Below, piece after piece: positions 49,570 to 59,074 of a stretch of DNA of 64,000 bases. A program made the translations under genes and the position numbers. Source of the stretch: Candidatus Omnitrophota bacterium. Lineage in GTDB: Bacteria > Omnitrophota > Gorgyraeia > Tantalellales > Tantalellaceae. A model generated the notes under the pieces. It made no database searches. It was given only the letters and a program-made list of their open reading frames with translations, and was not told the origin of the DNA. The DNA lies in the NCBI GenBank assembly GCA_043811395.1, contig JBDRNE010000115.1, positions 12,212-76,211 of the forward strand. Direction: 5' to 3'. Position 1 is the stretch's first letter, and the number at the start of each line of letters is the position of its first letter.

Positions 49570-50604
49570 ATGTCAAAAGATGCGGGGAAAAACCGTGAAA
49601 ATAAAAAAATGAAGAAGGAGACTCTTCTGTGGGGGCTGTTTTTCGAAAAACTTCTTCAAAACGTTGATGCTTCGGTAATGGTTACGGATAGAGAAGAAAA
49701 AGTAATATTCGCAAATGAAAGGTATTTGGATTTTTTTAGTTTTAGAAAAGAGGAGATACTTGGTAAGAGCTGGATTGAAACTGTTATCCCAAAGGCTCAA
49801 CGAGAGTTAGTAAAAAAAATTTTTGAAGATATAAAAGCGAAAAAAATGCTTGGTAAATTTGATACCCCAGTTGCGAATTCAAAAAAATTAAAAAAACATT
49901 TATGCTGGATAGCTATTCCCTTAGAGGAAGAGCGTACAATGTTGTATACCTTTATTGGAAAAGAAATAACGGAATCTCCCGGGCAGAAAATAGTAAAGGT
50001 GTATAAAAATACAAAAGTGACGTTAAATACGGCATATGCTGAAGTTGTTGAGGCGCTTTTTTCCGCCGCGGAAGTAAGTGAACCCGGGACAGCAAAACAC
50101 GCGACAAGGGTTATGCTTTTCGCGGGTGCATTAGCAAAAAAGCTTAATATTTCGCAAGAGGATATTGAAAAACTTAAAGTAGCATCTCTTCTGCATGATC
50201 TCGGAAAACTGGCTGTTGATGAAAAGATATTGTTTAAGAAAGGCAAACTGAACGGAGAAGAATTTGAACAAATAAAAAACCATCCGCGATGGGGGTCGGA
50301 GATGATATATCTTGTATATTTTTTAAGAGATATTATCCCGATTATGGCTAATCACCATGAAAATTATGATGGGACGGGTTATCCTGATGGGCTTGAAGGT
50401 GAAAATATTCCGCTATCAGCGAGAGTTTTGGGAATAGCGGATATATATGAAGCTTTAACCGCGGACAGGCCTTACCGCAGAGGTTTTTCTCACGAAGACG
50501 CGGTGGAAATAATAAAAAGTGAAAAAGGCCGAAAACTAGATCCCGCGATTACGGATGTGTTTTTAGAAATGTTAAAAAACGGAGAGATAAAGGAGAATAT
50601 TTGA
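49570..50604 (+). CDS. PAS-domain HD-GYP phosphodiesterase
   Basis: N-terminal PAS; LLHDLGK, HHENYDGTGYPDGL, ADIYEALTADRPYR. Confidence 0.92.
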   Translation: MSKDAGKNRENKKMKKETLLWGLFFEKLLQNVDASVMVTDREEKVIFANERYLDFFSFRKEEILGKSWIETVIPKAQRELVKKIFEDIKAKKMLGKFDTPVANSKKLKKHLCWIAIPLEEERTMLYTFIGKEITESPGQKIVKVYKNTKVTLNTAYAEVVEALFSAAEVSEPGTAKHATRVMLFAGALAKKLNISQEDIEKLKVASLLHDLGKLAVDEKILFKKGKLNGEEFEQIKNHPRWGSEMIYLVYFLRDIIPIMANHHENYDGTGYPDGLEGENIPLSARVLGIADIYEALTADRPYRRGFSHEDAVEIIKSEKGRKLDPAITDVFLEMLKNGEIKENI

Positions 50605-51728
50605 ATTCAACATGTTGTGATCTGATGGCTCTTAGCTTTGTTGACGGTCTTGGCCCAAGAAGAATTTTATCAATTATAAACAAAGTTCCTGAAGGGAAAA
50701 ATATATTTTTGATGCCGGATTTTAAAATCGCGGAAATTATATCAAACTTAAAAACTATTGATAAAATAAAAAAGGTAAAAGATACTGATGAATATAAACG
50801 GGAATTAGAGTACGTTCAAAAAGAAAAAATCTCAGTTTTATGTTTAAAAGATAAAGAGTATTCCTGTAATTTGAAAAGCATATATGATCCTCCGGCGGTT
50901 CTTTACTGTAAAGGAGATTTTTTAGACGCGGATATTAATGCTGTTGCCATTGTTGGATCTCGGCGATGTTCCTTGTATGGGCAGAAAATGGCAAAAAGTT
51001 TAGCCGCGGACCTTGCAAAAAAAGGAATAACCGTAGTAAGCGGGATGGCAAGGGGGATAGATATAGCGGCGCATAGAGGGGCTCTTGAAGCGGGCGGGCG
51101 CACTATCGCGGTTATGGGAAGCGGGTTCAGGCATATTTATCCAGTAGAGGCAAAACCTTTGATTGAAGAAATATGCCATAGTGGAGCGGTTATCACTGAA
51201 TATAGTTCAGAAACTCATCCTCTGCGTCAAAATTTTCCAAGACGTAACAGAATTATAAGTGGATTGGTTAAGGCTGTTGTGGTTGTTGAAGCGGCAGAAA
51301 GAAGCGGTGCTATGATAACCGTGGATTTCGCTCTTGAACAGGGTCGGGAAGTTTTTGCCGTGCCTGGCAGAGTTGATTCATATGCAGCCAATGGCTCTAA
51401 TAAGCTTATACAAGACGGTGCTAAATTAGTAATGTCAGCCGAAGATATTCTTAATGAGCTTAATCTTGAAAAAATAGATGCCATAAAAAGGTCTGATAAA
51501 GAAGTAACCGTGGAAGTTCTGAACAAATTAGATAATGAAGAACGGATGGTGCTTGACTTAATCAGTATTGAAAAAAATGCGCATATTGATGATATTCTGG
51601 AGCAAACCAATTTAGATCCGGGAAGAGTTCACGCGGCAATACTTAAAATGCAGATGAAGAGGTTGATAAAAGAAATACCTGGAAAATATTTTGCTTTGAC
51701 AAATGAAAAACTATCAAGAAAAGGATGA
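50601..51728 (+). CDS. dprA: DNA-processing protein DprA
   Basis: IYDPP..LY..G, AIVGSR, VSGMARGID..AH, FPRRNRIISG, GREVFAVPG, C-terminal winged helix. Confidence 0.95.
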   Translation: MNSTCCDLMALSFVDGLGPRRILSIINKVPEGKNIFLMPDFKIAEIISNLKTIDKIKKVKDTDEYKRELEYVQKEKISVLCLKDKEYSCNLKSIYDPPAVLYCKGDFLDADINAVAIVGSRRCSLYGQKMAKSLAADLAKKGITVVSGMARGIDIAAHRGALEAGGRTIAVMGSGFRHIYPVEAKPLIEEICHSGAVITEYSSETHPLRQNFPRRNRIISGLVKAVVVVEAAERSGAMITVDFALEQGREVFAVPGRVDSYAANGSNKLIQDGAKLVMSAEDILNELNLEKIDAIKRSDKEVTVEVLNKLDNEERMVLDLISIEKNAHIDDILEQTNLDPGRVHAAILKMQMKRLIKEIPGKYFALTNEKLSRKG

Positions 51729-51734
51729 GTATTT

Positions 51735-53795
51735 ATGGCGGTTAAGAAGAAGACAACTAAAACAAAAAAAAACCTGTCAAAATTTTTGGTAATTGTAGAA
51801 TCTCCCGCAAAATCAAAAACCATAAATAAGATATTGGGAAAAAATTTTAAAGTATTGGCAAGTATGGGGCATATCATTGATTTGCCGGTGGATAGAATGG
51901 GAATTGATTTTGAAAATGGGTTTAAGCCAGAATATATGGTTATGAAAGGTAGAAAAAAATATTTGAACAGTCTTAAAAAAGAGGCCAAAACCGCTTCCGC
52001 GATATATCTTGCCGCTGACCCTGATAGAGAAGGAGAAGCGATTTGCTGGCATCTGAAGAATTCTCTCGCGAAAAAAGATACTACTTTTCATAGGGTAAGT
52101 TTTGGAGAAATAACGGAAAAAGCTGTTAAAGCCGCATTTCTTCATCCGGGTGAACTGGATATGAACAAGATAAATGCTCAGCAGGCACGCCGGATTTTAG
52201 ACAGGATTGTCGGATATTCTTTAAGTCCGCTTTTGTGGCGAAAAATAACAAGGGGATTAAGCGCTGGCCGGGTACAATCAGTAGCTGTTATGTTGATTGT
52301 AAGACGAGAAGAAGAAATAAGGCGGTTTAAATCTGAAGAGTATTGGAGTATAGAAGCTCTTTTGAGTAAGAAAAACCAAAAAGATGAGGTTTCTCCGGAG
52401 TTTAACGCGCGTCTCGTAAAATATAAAGGCGAAAAAATTGATATACCAGATGAAGAGACTGTTAAAGAGATTGTTTCAAATGTTGAGAAGGAAGAGTTTA
52501 AAGTAGCGGATATCAGTCGTAAAGATAAAAAGAGCTATCCAAGGGCGCCTTATATTACTTCAGCTTTACAGCAGGACGCGTTTAATAAATTGAATTTTTC
52601 AGCTAACAAGACAATGAGAATCGCGCAAAGTCTTTATGAAGGAATAGACCTGGGCGAAGAAGGAAGTGTTGGTTTAATAACGTATATGCGTACAGATTCT
52701 GTTCGCGTGTCTCTCGATGCGGCAGATGACGCGAAAAAATATATATTAAGCGAATACGGAGAAAAATATTACGCGAAAAAGCAAGTGCAGTACAAATCGA
52801 AAAAAGGAGCGCAAGAAGCGCATGAAGCAATAAGACCCACTCTTCCATTAAGGCCGCCTGATGAAATAGCAGGAATGTTGAGTGTGGATGAGTTAAAGCT
52901 TTATAGCCTGATCTGGAAACGATTTATTGCTAGCCAGATGGAGAATGCTCTTTTTTCTGTTTTAACTGTAAACATATCTGCCGGAGATTACAGGTTTCGT
53001 GCTGGCGGGAGCCAGCTTATTTTTGACGGGTTTTTGAAAGTTTATAAAGGTATGGATGATATTACTGAGGATGATTCAGAAATACCTGATCTTACAGTCG
53101 GAGAAATAGTTGACCTGAAGGAATTGGTTCCCGAACAGCATTTTACAAAACCACCGGCGCGGTATACAGACGCTTCTTTAGTAAAAATTTTGGAAGAAAA
53201 AGGTATCGGCCGGCCTTCAACATACGCGCCGATTATACGTACAGTTATAAATAGAAACTATATTCAGCGTAAAGGCAAAGCTCTTCATCCGACGGAGTTA
53301 GGGGAATTAGTTAACGGTCTTCTTCTTGAAAATTTTCCGGATGTTGTAGACGAAGAATTTACGGCGAAAATGGAAACGGAACTTGATAATATCGAGGATG
53401 GAAAGATTAAATGGGTCGAGGTATTGAAAAACTTTTATTTGCCTTTTACAAAGAAACTTGAGGAAGCAAAGGAACGAATGCGTAATGTTAAGAGACAGGT
53501 TGTGACAACCGATGAAATATGTGATAAATGCGGGAAACCAATGGTTATAAAATGGGGGCGTCGTGGAAGATTTTTGAGTTGTTCGGATTTTCCGACGTGT
53601 AAAAACGCGAAATCAATAACAACAGGCGTTAAATGTCCTGAACCAAACTGTGACGGTGAACTCTTGGAACGGAAGTCTTCCCGGGGGATGTTTTACGGAT
53701 GTACAAGATATCCTAAATGTACACATACGACAAAAAAACTTCCGGTACCAGAAGAAAACGATAACGGCGCATCAGATTACGTTGAGGAGGAATAA
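51735..53795 (+). CDS. topA: DNA topoisomerase I
   Basis: IVESPAK, DPDREGEAI, SAGRVQS, ITYMRTDS, QEAHEAIRPT, GIGRPSTY, two C-terminal zinc ribbons. Confidence 0.97.
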   Translation: MAVKKKTTKTKKNLSKFLVIVESPAKSKTINKILGKNFKVLASMGHIIDLPVDRMGIDFENGFKPEYMVMKGRKKYLNSLKKEAKTASAIYLAADPDREGEAICWHLKNSLAKKDTTFHRVSFGEITEKAVKAAFLHPGELDMNKINAQQARRILDRIVGYSLSPLLWRKITRGLSAGRVQSVAVMLIVRREEEIRRFKSEEYWSIEALLSKKNQKDEVSPEFNARLVKYKGEKIDIPDEETVKEIVSNVEKEEFKVADISRKDKKSYPRAPYITSALQQDAFNKLNFSANKTMRIAQSLYEGIDLGEEGSVGLITYMRTDSVRVSLDAADDAKKYILSEYGEKYYAKKQVQYKSKKGAQEAHEAIRPTLPLRPPDEIAGMLSVDELKLYSLIWKRFIASQMENALFSVLTVNISAGDYRFRAGGSQLIFDGFLKVYKGMDDITEDDSEIPDLTVGEIVDLKELVPEQHFTKPPARYTDASLVKILEEKGIGRPSTYAPIIRTVINRNYIQRKGKALHPTELGELVNGLLLENFPDVVDEEFTAKMETELDNIEDGKIKWVEVLKNFYLPFTKKLEEAKERMRNVKRQVVTTDEICDKCGKPMVIKWGRRGRFLSCSDFPTCKNAKSITTGVKCPEPNCDGELLERKSSRGMFYGCTRYPKCTHTTKKLPVPEENDNGASDYVEEE

Positions 53796-53800
53796 AACCG

Positions 53801-54673
53801 GTGAGGCGTTATATAGAAAAGTTCAGGAATTATCTCGATATAGAAAAAAATTATTCAGTCCACACTTTAAGAAACTATCAGTCTGATCTTAAGGAACTGT
53901 CAATTTTTTTGGAAAACAAAGATATAAAAGATGTGAATCATCTTGATATTAGGCGTTTTTTAGCGGAATTAAAGCAAAAAGGTTCTGCGAAACGTACTAT
54001 TGTTAGAAAATTGGGCGCGGTACGGTCGTTTTTTAAGTTTCTTTTTCGAGAAAAATATATAGAATCCGATCCGGCAGGAAGTGTTTTTACTCCGAAACTT
54101 GATAAAAGATTGCCTGAATTTCTTGATCTTGAAAAAACTTTAAAGCTTATTACTTCACCAAATTCTGATACTTTTTTAGGATTAAGGGATCGGGCTATGT
54201 TAGAGGTTTTGTATTCAACAGGTATCAGAGTAAGCGAATTGGTGGGACTTAACATTCAGAATATTGATTTTATAGCGGGTGTAATTAAGGTAAGAGGGAA
54301 AGGTAAAAAGGAACGGATTGCATTGCTTGGACAGCAGGCTCAATTGTCTCTCAGGCGGTATGTGCGAGAAAAACAGGGGTTTTCGGCGGTGGAAGAGAAA
54401 GCAGTGTTTCTCAACAGGTTTGGCGGACGGCTTACGGATAGAAGTGTAAGACGGCTTATTGATAAATATGTAAAAAAATGCAGTATAGAACAAAAGATAT
54501 CTCCCCATTCTATTCGTCACTCATTTGCTACGCATATGATAAATAATGGTGCGGATCTAAGAAGCGTGCAGGAACTGTTGGGTCACAAAAATCTGTCAAC
54601 GACTCAGATTTATACTCATCTTGGTTCACAAAGAATTAAAACTATGTATACAAAAGCACATCCAAGAGCCTGA
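53801..54673 (+). CDS. xerC: Tyrosine recombinase XerC/XerD family
   Basis: RDRAMLEVLYSTGIRVSE, GKGKKER, HSIRHSFATH, VQELLGH..LSTTQIYTH; dprA-topA-xer context. XerC versus XerD inferred from context. Confidence 0.85.
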   Translation: MRRYIEKFRNYLDIEKNYSVHTLRNYQSDLKELSIFLENKDIKDVNHLDIRRFLAELKQKGSAKRTIVRKLGAVRSFFKFLFREKYIESDPAGSVFTPKLDKRLPEFLDLEKTLKLITSPNSDTFLGLRDRAMLEVLYSTGIRVSELVGLNIQNIDFIAGVIKVRGKGKKERIALLGQQAQLSLRRYVREKQGFSAVEEKAVFLNRFGGRLTDRSVRRLIDKYVKKCSIEQKISPHSIRHSFATHMINNGADLRSVQELLGHKNLSTTQIYTHLGSQRIKTMYTKAHPRA

Positions 54674-54697
54674 TTTTTTAGGCGGGATAAAGCTATT

Positions 54698-55972
54698 ATG
54701 AAATTTTTATATGATTTAGTTTTTATAATTTTCAGTATTTTATATGTGCCATATCTTGTGTTTAAGGGCAAAGCCCATAAAGGGTTTTCGGAAAAATTTG
54801 GATTTTTGCCGGAAAAAGTTACAAGATTGCGTAATCCCGTGTGGATACATTCTGTAAGTGTCGGTGAAGCGGTTTTGGGTGTTAAACTGTCCGCGTATTT
54901 AAAAAAATGTTTTCCAGATAGACCTATAATTGTTTCAACTACAACACGGACAGGCTATGATGTGGTTTCAAAAACGCAAAATGGTTTCGTGGACGCGGTA
55001 TTTTATTATCCCATGGATTTAAGTTTTATTACGGCTAAGGTTGTATCAAAGATAGAGCCGTTCGCCTATATTATGATTGAAACCGAGCTTTGGCCGAATA
55101 TGTTACGTGAATTACAGTCACGGAACATTCCGGTTATAATGGTGAACGGGAGGATATCTGATTCGTCGTTCAAAAATTATAAGCGCGTAAAATTTCTGAT
55201 GACACGTATTTTAAAATGCGTTAGCTGTTTTTGTATGCAGACAGAGCGGGATGCTGAAAAAATTGCACAATTGGGCGCGTCAAAAAACAAAATATTTGTT
55301 TCCGGAAATATGAAATTTGATGAAGGTCTTTGTTCTTCGGGGCAAAAAGGTATTAATCCGGAGTGTTTTGGATTTCATGATAAGGACAAAGTTATAGTCG
55401 CGGGGAGCACTCATTTTCCGGAAGAAATTGATATTATTGACGTTTATAAAGATTTAAAGGCGGAACGAAGTAATCTGCGGCTTATTATCGCGCCTCGTCA
55501 TGTGGAACGCACTTCGAAAATACAGAATGATATTGAAAAGGCAGGGTTAAACTGTCTCCGATTTTCTGAAATTTTGAAAAGCGGCGTTCATGACAATTTT
55601 TCAAATAAAATAATACTGGTGGATACGATAGGGCATTTGGCTGATATTTACAGTGTAGCGGATATTGTTTTTATAGGCGGTAGTTTGGTAAAAAAGGGCG
55701 GGCAGAATCCGATAGAACCTGCAAGGTGGGGGAAAATTGTTATTTTCGGGCCCAATATGTTTAATTTTCGAAAGATAACGGATACATTTTTAGAAAATAA
55801 CGCGGCTTGTAAAATAAGAAACAAGCAGGAACTTAAAATAAAGATAAAAGAATTTTTATCGAACACGCGAAAGAGTTGTGAAATGTCAAAAAATGCTTTA
55901 AAAGTTATTGAACAAAATTCAGGGGCAATTGAAAAAACAGTTGAAAAAATAAAAGGATATTTGACAAGATAA
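54698..55972 (+). CDS. waaA: 3-deoxy-D-manno-octulosonic acid (Kdo) transferase
   Basis: WIHSVSVGE, ETELWPN, NGRIS, GNMKFD, AGSTH, APRH.ER, GGSL...GGQNPIEP. Confidence 0.95.
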   Translation: MKFLYDLVFIIFSILYVPYLVFKGKAHKGFSEKFGFLPEKVTRLRNPVWIHSVSVGEAVLGVKLSAYLKKCFPDRPIIVSTTTRTGYDVVSKTQNGFVDAVFYYPMDLSFITAKVVSKIEPFAYIMIETELWPNMLRELQSRNIPVIMVNGRISDSSFKNYKRVKFLMTRILKCVSCFCMQTERDAEKIAQLGASKNKIFVSGNMKFDEGLCSSGQKGINPECFGFHDKDKVIVAGSTHFPEEIDIIDVYKDLKAERSNLRLIIAPRHVERTSKIQNDIEKAGLNCLRFSEILKSGVHDNFSNKIILVDTIGHLADIYSVADIVFIGGSLVKKGGQNPIEPARWGKIVIFGPNMFNFRKITDTFLENNAACKIRNKQELKIKIKEFLSNTRKSCEMSKNALKVIEQNSGAIEKTVEKIKGYLTR

Positions 55973-55977
55973 AGGTT

Positions 55978-57036
55978 TTGAACAATAAGGGGATAGGACT
56001 GTTGTTTAGATTATATATCTTAAAACTTATGAAAGACGAAAACTCCGGTTTTTTTGATAATCTTATAAAAGGGGTTTTGCGAATTTTATCCTGGATTTAT
56101 TATGTAGCGATAAAATTTGTAGATAAATCTTATAGGCTGGGAATTAGGCGCGAGATTAAAATAAGCATTCCGGTTATAAGTGTAGGAAATATTACTTTAG
56201 GCGGAACAGGTAAAACTCCTTTGGCGATTTTTTTAGCAGAATATTATCAAGCAAGAGGTAAAAAACCCGCGATACTTATTCGCGGGTACGGCGGGGATGA
56301 GAACCGTTTGCTTGCGGATGAACTGGCAGATATTTCTATTTTTACGGGGCAGGATCGGGTTAAAAATGCCCGTATGGCTGTTGCTAGAAAAAATGATGTT
56401 ATTATTCTGGATGACGCCTTCCAGCATAGAAGAATAAGGCGTGATTACAATATTGTGGTACTCGATAGTGTTTCTCTGTTTGGAAATAAGGCTTTAGTGC
56501 CGAGAGGAATTTTAAGGGAACCGGTTTCTTCGCTTGGGAGGGCGTCCGCGTTTGTACTTACAAAGGCGGATATGATAGGCGAAACTCGGAAGAATGCTGT
56601 TACGGAAATGTTGAAATCTAGCTTTCCGGAGATTCCGATTGCTCTAACTTGTCATAGGCCTTTGTCTTTTAGCGATGTGACAGGCGCGTCATATCCGGTA
56701 GAGACTATTAAAGGTTGGCAAATAGCTGTTGTTAGCGGAATAGGTGATCCTGATTATTTAGCGTTTTTATTGGAGAGGCAAGGAGCTAATATTGTTTTAA
56801 GACGAGACTATATGGATCATTATCAGTACACTCAGAAAGATATTGATAGGATTTCTCGCGATGTTCTCACGAGAAAAGTCCAAAAAATAATTGTAACCGC
56901 GAAAGATTATGTGAAACTTAAAAATTTAAATTTATCAAATATCGAAGACAAAACATTTATTTTAAAAATAGGCATTGATTTTATCGCCGGGAAGGAGGGG
57001 TTAATTGCTGGACTTAATAGCGTCATTTCTGGTTAG
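55978..57036 (+). CDS. lpxK: Tetraacyldisaccharide 4'-kinase
   Basis: VISVGNITLGGTGKTP, RGYG, LDDAFQH, PRG.LREP, DHYQY, TAKDYVK. Start uncertain. Confidence 0.93.
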   Translation: MNNKGIGLLFRLYILKLMKDENSGFFDNLIKGVLRILSWIYYVAIKFVDKSYRLGIRREIKISIPVISVGNITLGGTGKTPLAIFLAEYYQARGKKPAILIRGYGGDENRLLADELADISIFTGQDRVKNARMAVARKNDVIILDDAFQHRRIRRDYNIVVLDSVSLFGNKALVPRGILREPVSSLGRASAFVLTKADMIGETRKNAVTEMLKSSFPEIPIALTCHRPLSFSDVTGASYPVETIKGWQIAVVSGIGDPDYLAFLLERQGANIVLRRDYMDHYQYTQKDIDRISRDVLTRKVQKIIVTAKDYVKLKNLNLSNIEDKTFILKIGIDFIAGKEGLIAGLNSVISG

Positions 57037-58939
57037 AGTGATTAATCTTGTCTTTTATGTTCTACCAATTGAGGTTAATTTAGCCATTGGCAGGAGTTTG
57101 GGCGGATGTATATATCTTTTAAGCGGGAAAAGAAGCGCGATTACGTATTCGAACCTTAAAGCGGCATATGCTTTGAGCAAATCTGCGGAGAATGAAAACA
57201 AAACCCCGCAGGAAATTAAGCGGATCACGAAAAGTGCATACAGGAACGTTGGGCAAACTTTTGCGGAACTTATTTCAATGACAAAGGTTTCCTCGGCGTA
57301 CATAAACAAATTTGTAAGTATCAAGAACTTTGAAAGAATACAGTCTGCCGCTAAAAATCCTAAAGGGATGATTTTGGTTTCCGCGCATTTTGGCAACTGG
57401 GAAATTAGTACCATAACGAGCGGGTTTAAGGGGTTCCCGATGTACATTTTAGCGCGGGACCAAAAAATGAAACGATTAAATGAACTTTTAAATGTACTGC
57501 GTGAATCTAAAGGAATTAAGGTTATACGAAAAGGTGCAAGCATTAAAAATATCTTTCGTGTGCTTCAAAATGGTAAAAATATTGGTTTGCTTGCTGATCA
57601 AAATGCCGGTCCGCAGGGGTTTCTGGATGATTTTTTCGGTCGGCCCGCTTCAACTGCCGTCGGCCCGTATCGGTTTGCGCAAAAAAGCGGAGCATGGATA
57701 TTGCCGGCGTTTATTCATCGGGTAAAAGGGCCATATCATGAGCTTGTGCTGGAAAAACCGATGGTTTTGGGCAAGGACGATGACATAGGGGTTTATCTGC
57801 ATGAATACAATAAACTTTTAGAAAAACATGTGAGGGCGCATCCCGAGCAGTGGTTATGGATGCATAAAAGATGGAAGATGACGCCGGTAAAATATGTTAT
57901 GGTTTTAGATGATGGAAAAAAAGGTCATTTAAAACAAAGTTTAGCGGTTGTAGGGCAGATGAAACAGTACCGGGAGAATGAAGGGTTTAGTCCGGAAAAC
58001 CTAAAAATGCAAATAGTGCCGGTAAAATTCAAAAGCAAGAAGAATAAAATTATTTTTAACCTAGCAAGTTTGTTTTTTTCTGCGCGGTGTCAAGGATGTT
58101 TAAAATGTTTAAAATGGGCGCTTAAAAAGGATAGTTATGAGTTGATTTCGTCAAAATACGCGGATATTATCGTGAGCTGTGGTTCGAGTTTGTCATCGGT
58201 TAACAGGCTTATGAAAATAGAGAATTATGCCCGCAATCTTACGGTACTGGATCCGGGGGTTTTGATTCGAAAAAAGTTTGATCTTATTGTGGTTCCTCGG
58301 CATGATGCCGGCGGGCGGAGTTTTGACGAAGATAAAACTATAGTAACAGAACTATCTCCTAATTTGGTGAAAGAATTACCTGGTATGGAGGTCAAGCAGA
58401 ACTGTATAGGGGTATTGTTCGGTGGTGATAACAAGTATTTTAGTTTGACCGAAGAGATGGCTCGCATTGCGGTAAAAGAGTTAAAGAAGGCATGTGAATC
58501 TATTGACGGGGAAACTTATATTACTACTTCACGAAGGACTGTGCCCCCGGTAGAGAAGATTTTAAAAAACGAGTTTGAAGCTTATTCAGGAAGTTATAGA
58601 TTTGTTTCCGGTTCAAACGATAAAGATCCGTTTACTGTAGAGAAAATTTTGGCACGAAGCAATGTGGTTGTTGTTTCAGGAGAAAGCATTTCAATGGTGT
58701 CGGAAGCTGTTGCTTCCGGCAGACAAGTATTAGTTTTTATGCCTAAAAAAAAGACGAAAGACATTACGAAGTATGAAAAGTTTGTTCAAAATCTCGAACA
58801 AAAAAAGTATCTTAAATGCGTTAATATTGAGGATATTGCCGCAAGAATCACAGAGACTGTAAAACAGGGGAAATTGAAGAAAAATATTGTGCCGGAAGAT
58901 AATAAAAGAATTTATGAGAAAATGTATAGATTGTTTTAG
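57005..58939 (+). CDS. Fusion of lipid A late acyltransferase (LpxL/HtrB family) and ELM1/GtrOC1-like domain
   Basis: N-half: SAHFGNWE, LADQ, FFGRPA, PEQWLWMHKRWK. C-half: LDDGKKGH..QS, FDLIVVPRHD, LFGG, TTSRRT, VSGESISMVSEA, matching the ELM1 family pattern as I recall it. Confidence 0.85.
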   Translation: MLDLIASFLVRVINLVFYVLPIEVNLAIGRSLGGCIYLLSGKRSAITYSNLKAAYALSKSAENENKTPQEIKRITKSAYRNVGQTFAELISMTKVSSAYINKFVSIKNFERIQSAAKNPKGMILVSAHFGNWEISTITSGFKGFPMYILARDQKMKRLNELLNVLRESKGIKVIRKGASIKNIFRVLQNGKNIGLLADQNAGPQGFLDDFFGRPASTAVGPYRFAQKSGAWILPAFIHRVKGPYHELVLEKPMVLGKDDDIGVYLHEYNKLLEKHVRAHPEQWLWMHKRWKMTPVKYVMVLDDGKKGHLKQSLAVVGQMKQYRENEGFSPENLKMQIVPVKFKSKKNKIIFNLASLFFSARCQGCLKCLKWALKKDSYELISSKYADIIVSCGSSLSSVNRLMKIENYARNLTVLDPGVLIRKKFDLIVVPRHDAGGRSFDEDKTIVTELSPNLVKELPGMEVKQNCIGVLFGGDNKYFSLTEEMARIAVKELKKACESIDGETYITTSRRTVPPVEKILKNEFEAYSGSYRFVSGSNDKDPFTVEKILARSNVVVVSGESISMVSEAVASGRQVLVFMPKKKTKDITKYEKFVQNLEQKKYLKCVNIEDIAARITETVKQGKLKKNIVPEDNKRIYEKMYRLF

Positions 58940-59074
58940 CCCGGGCAATTTCAACTTGTAGTTGAAGTCGAGGCGGGCATGTTGCACGTGGCAGGTAACA
59001 CGTATCTTTTTATCTCGAGAGTGGGAAGGAAAGCCGGGCACGCAATGTGTGGCCTGCGTAACTTAGTATAAAAT

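Noticed and set aside
53801-54673. Phage or island integrase
   Set aside because: Size, motifs and dprA-topA context fit housekeeping XerC; no att repeats or mobile cargo nearby.
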